From Bacteroidia bacterium (GTDB taxonomy: Bacteria > Bacteroidota > Bacteroidia > SpSt-205), in assembly GCA_039630325.1 (NCBI GenBank), contig JBCNVG010000014.1:42972-106971 (forward strand): a stretch of DNA of 64,000 nt. Direction: 5' to 3'. Shown here piece after piece: positions 9,385 through 18,780 of the stretch. The number at the start of each line of letters is the position of its first letter. Within the stretch, counting starts at the first letter, position 1. Below the pieces are notes generated by a model, which did not search any database, was not told where the DNA came from, and saw only the letters and a program-made list of their open reading frames with translations. The position numbers and the translations under genes are program-made.

Positions 9385-10092
9385 ATGAAAAAGGTAGCTG
9401 TCTTTACGGGACTATTGTCTGTTCTGTGGTTGTCTTCTTGCGAAAAGATAAAGCTTCCTCAGGAAGATACCATCTCAGAGGAGGAAGTGGTTGCCGGTCT
9501 CAAAGAGGCTCTGCGGGTCAGTACAGACACGACGGTTCGCCATCTCAATCGAATAGATGGGTACTATGGGGATGAGCTGATTAGAATCGTATTTCCTCGC
9601 GATGCTTGGCGGCTGAAAGCCGCTATAGAGGCTTTACCTAATGGTGAGCAGCTTATTCAGGACTTGGTCATCAAGATGAATCGGGCGGCAGAGGAGGCGG
9701 CGGATGAAGCTAAGCCCATTTTCTGGAATGCCATATCTGAGCTGAGCATTCAGGATGGTGTGGCTATTCTCAAAGGGGACAGCGTAGCGGCCACGCGGTA
9801 CCTGCGCGAGAAGACTTATGACAGCCTATACGCCCGATATAAGCCCAAAATTCAGGAAGCTATGGAAAGCGTCGGTGCTCAGCAAGCTTGGGAATATCTC
9901 GTAGATACCTATAACGACCTACCCACCACCCTTAATCCGATTACGAATCGGGATTTAGCTGCGTATGTAACCGACCGAGCTTTATATGGGCTTTTTCTTA
10001 AGGTGGGGCAGCATGAGACGCGGATTCGGCGGGATGCAAGTTTTAGGGTTACGGATTTGCTGAGGCGGGTATTTGCTCATGCGACGGGATAA
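9385..10092 (+). CDS. DUF4197 family lipoprotein
   Basis: Lipobox LSSC; GLKEAL, MNRAAE.A, AATRYLR, YVT.RAL.GLF..V...E..IR. Confidence 0.88.
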   Translation: MKKVAVFTGLLSVLWLSSCEKIKLPQEDTISEEEVVAGLKEALRVSTDTTVRHLNRIDGYYGDELIRIVFPRDAWRLKAAIEALPNGEQLIQDLVIKMNRAAEEAADEAKPIFWNAISELSIQDGVAILKGDSVAATRYLREKTYDSLYARYKPKIQEAMESVGAQQAWEYLVDTYNDLPTTLNPITNRDLAAYVTDRALYGLFLKVGQHETRIRRDASFRVTDLLRRVFAHATG

Positions 10093-10189
10093 AGCAGAGG
10101 AAGTTAGGGGTCGCAGCCCGGATAGCTTAGTTCGAAATATATGAAGCTCGTGGAGTAAAGGGGGGTGGTCTGGATTGAGGGTTGATTGG

Positions 10190-10221
10190 GCGGCGGCAGC
10201 CACACCAGTGGCTGCCGCCGC
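10190..10221. repeat. Perfect 14-bp GC-rich inverted repeat (hairpin) in the DUF4197-secA intergenic region
   Basis: GCGGCGGCAGCCAC-acca-GTGGCTGCCGCCGC; no U-tract on either side. Confidence 0.85.
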
Positions 10222-10239
10222 TACACCCCCTAAAATATC

Positions 10240-10247
10240 TACCTTTG
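10240..10247 (+). promoter_or_regulatory. -7 box TACCTTTG (secA)
   Basis: Perfect TAnnTTTG 8 nt before ATG 10256. Confidence 0.7.
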
Positions 10248-10255
10248 CTTACCTT

Positions 10256-13200
10256 ATGTGGCAGTGGCTCACGCGCCTCTTTGGAAGTAAACGCGAACGA
10301 GATATCGCTCGCTTGCGCCCCATTGTAGAGGAAATAAATCGCATCTATGCCTCTCTCTCCGACCTCTCTGACCAGCAGCTCAGGGAACGAACCTTCCTGC
10401 TGCGCAGCCGCATTCAGCAAGCCATAGCTCCGATTCAAAAGCGGCGGGAGGAGACAGAATCTGCCATTCAGGCGGCTATTCAAGCGGGCGATATTCCAGC
10501 TCAAGTCAAGCTATTTCAGCAGCTGGATGAGCTCAAAGAAGAGCGGAACCGCGTATTAGAAGCTACTCTCAAGCAGCTTCTGCCGGAAGCTTTTGCCATC
10601 ATTCGCGAAACGGCTCGGCGCCTCACTCATAATAAGCAACTGGTAGTTCCAGCCACCGATTGGGATTATGAGATGGCGCAGAAGTACACCAACATTCGGA
10701 TTGAGGATGGAATGGCCATCTGGTCAAACGTATGGAAAGTGCGTGGGCATGACTTAGAGTGGAATATGGTGCATTATGATGTGCAGCTTATGGGGGGAAT
10801 CGTACTGCATGAGGGGAAAATCGCTGAAATGGCTACTGGTGAAGGTAAGACGCTTGTAGCTACTTTACCAGCCTATCTCAATGGGCTGACGGGGCTGGGC
10901 ATGCATATCGTCACTGTGAACGATTATCTCGCTAAGCGTGATGCTGAGTGGAACGGTCCTCTTTTGGCCTTTCACGGCCTGCGAGTAGACTGCATTGACT
11001 ACTATGAACCGCATTCAGAGGGGCGTAAGCGTGCTTATCAGGCCGATGTTACCTATGGAACGAATAATGAGTTTGGCTTTGACTACCTGCGAGACAACAT
11101 GGTTACGTCTCCCGACCAAATCGTTCAGCGGGAGCATCATTATGCCATTGTAGATGAGGTGGATTCTGTTCTCATAGATGAAGCGCGTACGCCCTTGATT
11201 ATTTCTGGGCCTGTCCAGTACAGTGACCATCACTTATACCAGCAGTTCAAGCCGCTCATAGAGCGGCTGGTGAATGAACAGCGACGGCTAAGTCAGGAGT
11301 TTCTCCACAAGGCAAAAAAGCTCATTTCAGAAGGAAAAGCTAAGCCAGAAGAAGGGGGGAAATTTCTCTTGCGTATTCATCGTACTACGCCGAAGTATCG
11401 TCCTTTTCTCAAATATCTCGCTGAGCCAGGCATAATGCCCATTTTAGAAAGGGCCGAGGCTTTTTACCTCCAAGATAACTCTAAACGGATGCCAGAGGTG
11501 GATGAAGAGCTTCTTTTTGTAGTGGATGAGAAAAATCATTCCGTTGAGCTGACGGATAAGGGCATAGAGCGAATCACTCAATATGGAGAGGATCCGAGTC
11601 TATTCACGGTGCCTGATTTGCCCAGCTTACTCTCGGAGATAGAAGGAAATCCTGCGCTTTCTCCGGCGGAAAAAGCTCAGAAAAAGGAAGCATTGTACCG
11701 CTCATATGCGGAGAAAGCGGAAAAATTGCATGCTCTCCAGCAGCTTCTACGAGCTTATGTGCTATATGAGCGAGATGTGGATTATGTGGTCATGAATGGG
11801 CAGGTACTAATCGTAGATGAACATACAGGGCGGATCTTACCGGGGCGGCGCTATTCAGAGGGCTTACATCAAGCCATTGAAGCAAAGGAGGGTGTGATTA
11901 TTGAGGGGGCGACGCAGACATGGGCTACCATCACTTTGCAGAACTATTTCCGCATGTATCATAAGCTCGCAGGCATGACAGGTACCGCCGAGACGGAGGC
12001 TAAGGAGTTTTATGATATTTACAAGCTGGATGTGGTAGTGATTCCTACCAATAAGCCTTGCATTCGCAAGGATTACGAGACAATACTTTTCCGTACGCAG
12101 CGAGCGAAATACAATGCCATCATAGAGGAAATACGGCGACTTCACGCGGAGGGGCGCCCCGTCCTGGTAGGTACGACATCGGTGGAGACTTCGGAAATGC
12201 TGAGCCGGATGCTCAAGATGGCAGGTATCCCTCACAATGTGCTGAATGCCAAACACCACGAGCGTGAGGCTGAAATCGTAGCTCAGGCTGGATTGAAAGG
12301 AGCTGTCACTATTGCTACTAATATGGCTGGGCGGGGGACGGACATCAAACTGGGTCCAGGAGTGGCTGAGCTCGGCGGTTTAGCCGTCATAGGCACCGAG
12401 CATCACCAGGCACGTCGCATAGATAATCAGCTTCGTGGTCGCGCTGGCCGTCAAGGGGATCCAGGATCGTCGCAGTTTTATGCCTCCATTGAGGATGACC
12501 TACTGCGTCTCTTCAACTATGAACGCATGAGCAAATGGATGGATCTCCTCAAGTTCAAAGAGGACGAGTTCATCCAGGGCAAAATGGTGACACGCACTAT
12601 CACCAATGCGCAAATGCAAGTTGAAAGAAATCACTTCGGCATACGCAAGCGGCTCCTGGAGTATGATGAAGTGATGAATCACCAGCGCAAAGCCATATAC
12701 GCTCGCAGGCGTAGCGCTTTATTTGGAGACCGGCTTCAAATAGATCTTTCCAATATGCTCCACGACCTTCTATTTGCTATCGTCAGCCGGTATTCTAAAC
12801 CTGAAGATGCTGAAGCTATTGCCTACGACTGCATTAGAACTTTGGCTTTCATGCCCAGTATTACCCCCGCTGACTTAGAGCCATTTCAGGTTGAACGAGT
12901 CGCAGGACTCCTACATGAGCAGGCCCAGAGCTTCTATCGAAGCAAACGCGAACGGATCAATGCCTTGGTCTACGAGCACACGCAGACCCTGGTCAAGCAG
13001 CATCCTGAGGCTCTCTGGCTTCAGGTGGATTTCACCGATGGCAACTTGCGCTTTCCTGTGGTTTTATCTATTCCCGAAATTTTGCATACAAAAGGTCACA
13101 GTGTCTTCACAGAGGTAGAAAAAGGAATCACCTTGAGCCAAATAGATGGGCTATGGGTGGAGCATTTGCGTCAGCTGGACGATCTCAGACACAGCGTACA

Positions 13201-13564
13201 GACGGCAGTCTATGAGCAGAAAGACCCTCTCCTCGTGTACAAATTCGAAGCATTCAAGCTCTTTCAAGATATGGTGGATAGGCTCAATCAGCAAGTGCTC
13301 TCCGTACTTTTCCGATTAGAAATACACGAAGAGCGTCAAACGGCTCACCAGAGACGACAGCAGCGGGACTTGTCGCGCATGCGAGCTCGGCAAGCCGAGA
13401 ATTACTACTTTACCAGTAGTACCACTGCTTCCCCCTCTTCCTATGAGAGCATGAGTACACCTACTTCTTCGGGGGACATTTCGGCAAATACAGAACAAGT
13501 TCCCCTTTCGCGTCGAGAGCGTCGGGCTATGGAGCGTCAACAGAAAAAGCGGAAAACTCGGTAA
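10256..13564 (+). CDS. secA: Preprotein translocase subunit SecA (Bacteroidota long form)
   Basis: MVHYDVQL.GG, EMATGEGKT, DEVDS.LIDEARTPLIISG, IATNMAGRGTDIKL, RRIDNQLRGRAGRQGDPGSS. True start probably ATG 10256. Confidence 0.98.
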   Translation: MWQWLTRLFGSKRERDIARLRPIVEEINRIYASLSDLSDQQLRERTFLLRSRIQQAIAPIQKRREETESAIQAAIQAGDIPAQVKLFQQLDELKEERNRVLEATLKQLLPEAFAIIRETARRLTHNKQLVVPATDWDYEMAQKYTNIRIEDGMAIWSNVWKVRGHDLEWNMVHYDVQLMGGIVLHEGKIAEMATGEGKTLVATLPAYLNGLTGLGMHIVTVNDYLAKRDAEWNGPLLAFHGLRVDCIDYYEPHSEGRKRAYQADVTYGTNNEFGFDYLRDNMVTSPDQIVQREHHYAIVDEVDSVLIDEARTPLIISGPVQYSDHHLYQQFKPLIERLVNEQRRLSQEFLHKAKKLISEGKAKPEEGGKFLLRIHRTTPKYRPFLKYLAEPGIMPILERAEAFYLQDNSKRMPEVDEELLFVVDEKNHSVELTDKGIERITQYGEDPSLFTVPDLPSLLSEIEGNPALSPAEKAQKKEALYRSYAEKAEKLHALQQLLRAYVLYERDVDYVVMNGQVLIVDEHTGRILPGRRYSEGLHQAIEAKEGVIIEGATQTWATITLQNYFRMYHKLAGMTGTAETEAKEFYDIYKLDVVVIPTNKPCIRKDYETILFRTQRAKYNAIIEEIRRLHAEGRPVLVGTTSVETSEMLSRMLKMAGIPHNVLNAKHHEREAEIVAQAGLKGAVTIATNMAGRGTDIKLGPGVAELGGLAVIGTEHHQARRIDNQLRGRAGRQGDPGSSQFYASIEDDLLRLFNYERMSKWMDLLKFKEDEFIQGKMVTRTITNAQMQVERNHFGIRKRLLEYDEVMNHQRKAIYARRRSALFGDRLQIDLSNMLHDLLFAIVSRYSKPEDAEAIAYDCIRTLAFMPSITPADLEPFQVERVAGLLHEQAQSFYRSKRERINALVYEHTQTLVKQHPEALWLQVDFTDGNLRFPVVLSIPEILHTKGHSVFTEVEKGITLSQIDGLWVEHLRQLDDLRHSVQTAVYEQKDPLLVYKFEAFKLFQDMVDRLNQQVLSVLFRLEIHEERQTAHQRRQQRDLSRMRARQAENYYFTSSTTASPSSYESMSTPTSSGDISANTEQVPLSRRERRAMERQQKKRKTR

Positions 13565-13573
13565 TTCCTCTTT

Positions 13574-14392
13574 GTGATATACCTTATTATTTTATGGCTT
13601 CAGCTCTGTGGGGTGCCATATGATCTGTATCATCAGGACTCCATATGGCAAGAGGGGCCTCGTACATGGAAAGCATTAGCACGGCTCCACCTCAGAGAAA
13701 AATTTAGCGGATTACCCATCCGTGTACGCCCTCTTACAAAAACTGGCCAGCCCGTTATACTGTCTCTATGTCATGAGGGAGAAGTCACGCACTGGCGTAT
13801 CGCATGGAATGGAGATACGCTTCAGTGGATCTCTCAGCGTCCTTCCTCCACTTGGTTTCGTCAGCATATGCTTCTTCTGAAAGGACCGCGTACTTGGCAT
13901 CGGGGGCGCCCACCCTTCAAAGTCATAGAAATCGTCATTCCTCTTGCACAGCGTCCACAGCTCCCAACGGATAGCTTGTGGCGCTATAACTCTCCCTGGT
14001 GGGATAGTCTCGTTTTACCCTGGATACAGAATATCCGGCTCCCGGCTGGCCGTATTACAGCTTTAGGTCTCCGTATCAAGTATTTTTTGACGGGAAAGCT
14101 GGTATACGATGAAGCTTATCTCTATGTTCAGCGACACGACCAGTTATCGTTTGACGAAGAGGGCTATAGAGCTACTATATCTAAGCTCCCCAAAGCCTAT
14201 CGGTTACGCTTCCTTTCGCTGAAGGAGACGCTTCCGGCCTATGCCTATGTGGTGCGGATCCAAGATTATTATCCATCAACCTTAGTAGAGGCACAAAACT
14301 GGATGCACCTATTGCGAGAAAAGCAGAACTTTCCCTTACCGAGCAACTTACTTACGATAGAAAAGTTAGAACCTGTAGGCTTATTACCATAA
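13574..14392 (+). CDS. Hypothetical exported protein
   Basis: 272-aa ORF directly after secA; hydrophobic N-terminus MIYLIILWLQ; no recognised family. Confidence 0.55.
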   Translation: MIYLIILWLQLCGVPYDLYHQDSIWQEGPRTWKALARLHLREKFSGLPIRVRPLTKTGQPVILSLCHEGEVTHWRIAWNGDTLQWISQRPSSTWFRQHMLLLKGPRTWHRGRPPFKVIEIVIPLAQRPQLPTDSLWRYNSPWWDSLVLPWIQNIRLPAGRITALGLRIKYFLTGKLVYDEAYLYVQRHDQLSFDEEGYRATISKLPKAYRLRFLSLKETLPAYAYVVRIQDYYPSTLVEAQNWMHLLREKQNFPLPSNLLTIEKLEPVGLLP

Positions 14393-14535
14393 ACATCAGC
14401 GGTTATGCCTGAATTATCGGTAGAGTGGAAGTTTCCTTGAGAGAAAGGGAGGGGAGGACATGGAGAGGGGTAAAAGGACTGAATAACGCGCTTCATCGCC
14501 TCTCTGTGTGGAAAGTATGAGACTGCTTCTAAGGG

Positions 14536-16026
14536 TTATTTACTCACTGGCTTCTCACAGAAAGGGACTTTCGGTTGCTTATCCTCTGGAATCCAATATA
14601 CTCCCTTTATCCATATCGGGGCTTCCAAGGCCCTTCTCGTGGGAAACACGACCCCCTGGGGTTTCTCTTCTGAGCGTATGTAGTATGGCTGTTGGAGGGA
14701 GTCCAGCCTGATGTACAACTTGCCCGCTCGAAGGTAATGTACGCCTCGCCATTCCTTATTTTCTGATTGGTAATACACGGCTTGTACGCGCCCCAGGAAT
14801 GATATTTCTCTCAGTATTCCAGTAGTATCCCACTTAGCGTACGCAAAGTCAGATACTATTTGATGAAAAAAACCCAAAAAAGAGTCCGCCATGCTCACAA
14901 AATGGACACTGCCAGAGGCATAAGCTGAGTCTATTTTTTTCTTTTCATTGAAATATAAAAAGATTTTGTCTGCATACACCTGAGCTGCACTGTCTGCCAG
15001 CCATGCATGACCATGGAGCTCAGTGATGTGATTAAGGGTGTCATATTTGAGCGTGTCGCTCCGCGCCTTAAGGGTGAGATAGAAGAGCTCCACCTGGCCG
15101 GCGGCATGTAGGATATACCCTTGGGTCCATAGGTGTTCTGCCTGGACGAAAGTTGTTTCTGGATCGCTGAGCAGCACGGAAGCATTAGTATGGAGGTGGA
15201 GAGAATCTTTCACCCAAATGGCCGTATCAGCCCATGCATAAATCCGTCCTCGCCGTTCTTTGAAATGAATGTCGCAAAACGCCGCAGCAGAGTCTTGGTC
15301 AGGAGCGAAGTAGCCTTCCATGGCTGAGATAATGTGGGCGGTGTCTCGGTAGATGGTGCGGACTTTGGCGAAAGTTTCGCCGGTGAGGCGATTCCATTCC
15401 ATCTGGCTTGCTACGAGAGTATCTTTCCGCTGTGTATCATAAATGGTTACAGGCACAGGAAAAGTAGCATAGTAGTGTCGGCTGTCATATATGAGAGTGT
15501 CGGCTATGGCCTGAGCTGTACCTTTATAGACTCGGACCCGACCAGAAAATGTCGCTATGTCTGTACGGGTATCGTAGCTCCCATATTGACTATGTATTTC
15601 GCCTGTAGTGTCTTGCAGGATACCTCCCTGGTCGTACCAAGCTACTTCGGAGTTTCGGTCATAATGGAGCCGAGAGGCTCTAAGCCGACTTGGAGGAAAA
15701 TCGCCTTGGACCTCGCCTTCATAAGTCAGTCTCCGTAGGGAGGGATCATAACGAAGCGAAGCCGCCGAGATTTTACCTGATCCTCCGAAAAAGGTCTGAA
15801 CCCCACCGGACGCTGTAAAGCTCCCGTCACTGGTGATGACAGCTTCTTGACAATGCAAGAGAAGGGTGTCCTGGCGGAAGACTACATTGCCACGAAGGAC
15901 TCGGCGTTCAGGCGTACCGCCTACCTCGTCCGCATTCTCTACATGTACCTTTTGGGCCCACGTCCAGCTTGCTATTCCTATTTGAACCAGAAGAACGCTG
16001 ATGCCCCGTAAGCCTGTAGCCCACAC
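14536..16026 (-). CDS. OstA-like beta-jellyroll LPS transport protein (LptA/LptD_N-like)
   Basis: Signal WA|Q; HVENAD...LRGNVVFRQD..LHC; repeated ADTL.Y/SDTLKY beta-taco units. Confidence 0.8.
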   Translation of the reverse strand: MWATGLRGISVLLVQIGIASWTWAQKVHVENADEVGGTPERRVLRGNVVFRQDTLLLHCQEAVITSDGSFTASGGVQTFFGGSGKISAASLRYDPSLRRLTYEGEVQGDFPPSRLRASRLHYDRNSEVAWYDQGGILQDTTGEIHSQYGSYDTRTDIATFSGRVRVYKGTAQAIADTLIYDSRHYYATFPVPVTIYDTQRKDTLVASQMEWNRLTGETFAKVRTIYRDTAHIISAMEGYFAPDQDSAAAFCDIHFKERRGRIYAWADTAIWVKDSLHLHTNASVLLSDPETTFVQAEHLWTQGYILHAAGQVELFYLTLKARSDTLKYDTLNHITELHGHAWLADSAAQVYADKIFLYFNEKKKIDSAYASGSVHFVSMADSFLGFFHQIVSDFAYAKWDTTGILREISFLGRVQAVYYQSENKEWRGVHYLRAGKLYIRLDSLQQPYYIRSEEKPQGVVFPTRRALEAPIWIKGVYWIPEDKQPKVPFCEKPVSK

Positions 16027-16095
16027 TAGGCACCAAATTAGCTAAAAAGGGCCGCTGTGACGGCGGTTGCTTGTCCGATGGAGTACTTTTGCCTT

Positions 16096-17211
16096 ATGAG
16101 AAAAGTCGGCATTGTTGGTGGAGGGCAGCTTGGACGCATGCTGATTCAAGCAGGGATAGATTTGGATTTGTGGTTGAGAGTTTTAGATAGTGCGCCAGAC
16201 TCGCCCTGTTCGGGCATCGCTCATGATTTCGTAGTAGGGTCCGTACGAGAAGCCGCTATGATAGAGAGATTTGCCGAAGGGTTAGATCTTATAACCATAG
16301 AGTTAGAAGATGTTTCTACAGAGGGCCTCTGGCAGGCTTACCGTAAAGGTATCGCTGTGCACCCTCATCCCGATATTATCGCTCTCTTTCAGGATAAGGG
16401 TAAGCAACGAACATGGTATGCGCAAAATGGCTTTCCGTGTCCACCGTTTCAAGTATGGTCACCAGGAGAGCCGATAAACCTATCATTTCCCTTGGTGCAA
16501 AAGGCTTTCCGAGGGGGGTACGACGGTAGAGGGGTGCAAGTGGCGAAGAGTGTGGAGGACTTGTGGAAGATTCCCAGCCTCCTGGAAGCGAAAGTGCATA
16601 TAGACAAGGAGATTTCGGTGATTGCGGCTCGTTCTCGCACAGGAGAAATACGCACATTTCCGCCTGTGGAGTCTGTTTTTCATCCTGAAGCTCACATCGT
16701 AGAATACCTTCGAGTCCCTGCCGACCTGCCCTCTTCTGCGGCTAAGGAGGCCCAGCAGATAGCAGCGGGTATCGCTGAGCGGCTCCAAATCACTGGCCTC
16801 TTGGCTGTGGAGTTCTTTTACACGACAGATGGCCGATGGATAGTGAATGAAGCCGCTCCCCGTCCCCATAATACTGGACATATCACTACGAAGGCCTGCT
16901 GGACGAGCCAATTTGAGCAGCACTGGCGGGCTATTCTGGGGCTTCCTCTGGGAGAGACGCGTCTTCATACTGTCGGTGGGCTCGTCAATATTCTCGGTCC
17001 CGCAGGCCTTCATGGGACACCGAGCTTTCCGACGCTATCAGCCATCCTTAGGATTGAGGGAGTTTCTGTGCATCTATACGGGAAAAAGCGCAGTAGCCCT
17101 TTCCGCAAGCTCGGCCATATCATCATCTTAGCGGAGTCTCAGGCTGAGCTCATAAAAAAAATTCAAAAGGTCAGAGAGCTGTTGCGCGTCGAGGTGCATG
17201 GTACAAGCTAA
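16096..17211 (+). CDS. purK: N5-carboxyaminoimidazole ribonucleotide synthase
   Basis: GIVGGGQLGRML, GGYDGRG, NEAAPRPHNTGH, SQFEQH.RA, HLYGK...PFRKLGH. Start 16096 follows TACTTTTG (16084-16091). Confidence 0.96.
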   Translation: MRKVGIVGGGQLGRMLIQAGIDLDLWLRVLDSAPDSPCSGIAHDFVVGSVREAAMIERFAEGLDLITIELEDVSTEGLWQAYRKGIAVHPHPDIIALFQDKGKQRTWYAQNGFPCPPFQVWSPGEPINLSFPLVQKAFRGGYDGRGVQVAKSVEDLWKIPSLLEAKVHIDKEISVIAARSRTGEIRTFPPVESVFHPEAHIVEYLRVPADLPSSAAKEAQQIAAGIAERLQITGLLAVEFFYTTDGRWIVNEAAPRPHNTGHITTKACWTSQFEQHWRAILGLPLGETRLHTVGGLVNILGPAGLHGTPSFPTLSAILRIEGVSVHLYGKKRSSPFRKLGHIIILAESQAELIKKIQKVRELLRVEVHGTS

Positions 17212-17251
17212 AAAAACCATAATGCAGACATATTTTGTTTAGCTTCCACAT

Positions 17252-17872
17252 ATGAAACGCCTGACACTCCTCACTTTCCTCAGTGTAATCGCATGGACAG
17301 CCTGTACTCAAGCGCCGCAGGCGCCTAAAGCAGAAACATCCGAAGCTCAAGCTGTGCCTTCTGCCTCAGGTACTTCGATTAGCATCTCGCCTCAGAAAAG
17401 CAAAATAGTTGCTATCGGTACGAAAGTTACTGGCCGACATGAGATTGTTTTTCCTATCAAGTCAGGGGAGGTGAGCCTAGGGTCCGATGGTTGCATTTCG
17501 GGGGGCAAGTTCGTCATTGATGTTGCCAACCTTCAGGTTACAGATTTGCAAGGCGATTTGAAGGTTAAACTGGAAAATCATCTACGCAGCGAGGACTTTT
17601 TCCTAACGAGCCAGTATCCAGAGGGTACCTTTGAGATTACAGGGTGTGAGAAGGCAGCAGGAGATACCATACTTCTGTCTGGCAACCTCTCCTTGCGAGG
17701 GCAGACGAAAAATATCAAGTTTCCAGCCGTAATCCACTACGACCAGTCTAAAGGCTTTCATGCCACGGCTAACTTCAATATCAATCGCCAGGACTGGGGC
17801 ATAGCCTACAAGGGTAAGCAGGATGACCTCATTCGTGATGAAGTGAATATTCGGTTAGAAGTCAAGAACTAA
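17252..17872 (+). CDS. YceI-family lipid/polyisoprenoid-binding lipoprotein
   Basis: Lipobox WTAC; LENHLRSEDFF...YP, GNLSLRG.TK.I.FP, INRQDWGI. Confidence 0.9.
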   Translation: MKRLTLLTFLSVIAWTACTQAPQAPKAETSEAQAVPSASGTSISISPQKSKIVAIGTKVTGRHEIVFPIKSGEVSLGSDGCISGGKFVIDVANLQVTDLQGDLKVKLENHLRSEDFFLTSQYPEGTFEITGCEKAAGDTILLSGNLSLRGQTKNIKFPAVIHYDQSKGFHATANFNINRQDWGIAYKGKQDDLIRDEVNIRLEVKN

Positions 17873-17891
17873 ATCAAGCTAATCGCTTACT

Positions 17892-17969
17892 AAGGTCTCC
17901 TGAGGGCAATGTGAGAAGGCGTAACCAAGGGCTATGCTATGTCGATTTACATTGCCCTCAAGAGGCCTT
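17892..17969. terminator. Long inverted repeat between convergent genes (probable bidirectional terminator)
   Basis: 23-bp arms AAGGTCTCCTGAGGGCAATGTGA / TTACATTGCCCTCAAGAGGCCTT with a 32-nt loop, followed by T run. Confidence 0.6.
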
Positions 17970-17970
17970 T

Positions 17971-18780
17971 TTATTGCCCTTTCCAGTTCGGCTTGCGCTT
18001 CTCACGAAATGCTAAAATTCCTTCTCGGGCATCTTCGGTTCCTGCCAGTTCCATGAGGAGAGCATTCAGATCGGCGTGAGAGAGCTTGTGTAGGTGGCGA
18101 TAGGCATAAATCCCTCGCTGTATAGCCAGCGGAGCTCCTAACCGTAGCTCTTCAATTAGGGCATCTCCAGCAGGCCCAACGTCTTCGTTTCGCTCTACCA
18201 GATGCGTGATAATGCCCCAAGTATGCAGCATCTCGGCCGTATATGTCTTGCCTAAAAGGCACCATCCCAGAGCCATTCGGGGAGGCATATACGCAGAGAG
18301 CGCCTTTAAAACTTGGAAAGGAAACAATCCTCGACGGACTTCGGGCAGAGAAAACCGGCTTTGCTTTGGAGCGATGACAAAAGTTGCCCCAGTAAGTAAG
18401 AGCATTCCCCCAGCCAAGACATCGCCGGTTACTTCGGCTATTAGAGGCTTCTCAAAGGCAGACAAAAGATCGTCTATGATGATGGGGACTTTGGCTGTGG
18501 GCACAGTTGAGGATTGAGGTATTCCCTCTATGAGCGCTCGCAAATCCGCCCCAGAGCAGAATACTTCTCCTCGTCCGCGAAGTCTCACAAAGCGTATGGA
18601 TGGCTCTCCACTGGCATAGCTTAGCGCATAAGCCAGCTCATTTAATAGGATGGGATTGAGAGCATTTCGGCGCTCGGGAGCATTTAGTGTGAGAATCAGT
18701 GTATCATCCGCCCTATCCCATAGTACAAACTGCCAGTGGAATTTCTCTAAAGGGCTAATCTCTTCAAAAAAGGCTTTCAT
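17971..18780 (-). CDS. Enoyl-CoA hydratase/isomerase (AtuE/LiuC-like)
   Basis: LNAPERRNAL, FCSGADL, FSLPEV..GLFP, EDAREGILAFREKRKPNWKG. Confidence 0.9.
   Translation of the reverse strand: MKAFFEEISPLEKFHWQFVLWDRADDTLILTLNAPERRNALNPILLNELAYALSYASGEPSIRFVRLRGRGEVFCSGADLRALIEGIPQSSTVPTAKVPIIIDDLLSAFEKPLIAEVTGDVLAGGMLLLTGATFVIAPKQSRFSLPEVRRGLFPFQVLKALSAYMPPRMALGWCLLGKTYTAEMLHTWGIITHLVERNEDVGPAGDALIEELRLGAPLAIQRGIYAYRHLHKLSHADLNALLMELAGTEDAREGILAFREKRKPNWKGQ

Noticed and set aside
10107-10140. tRNA-like fragment (GATAGCTTAGTTCGAA)
   Set aside because: No acceptor stem, anticodon arm or properly spaced T-arm can be built.
10175-10255. N-terminal extension of SecA (MRVDWAAAATPVAAAAT...)
   Set aside because: It is a translation of the GC hairpin; the -7 box and homology point to ATG 10256.
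14269-14496. 75-aa minus-strand ORF in the gap downstream of the OstA-like gene
   Set aside because: Overlaps the plus-strand gene by about 124 nt, low-complexity, no motif; not supportable as a CDS.
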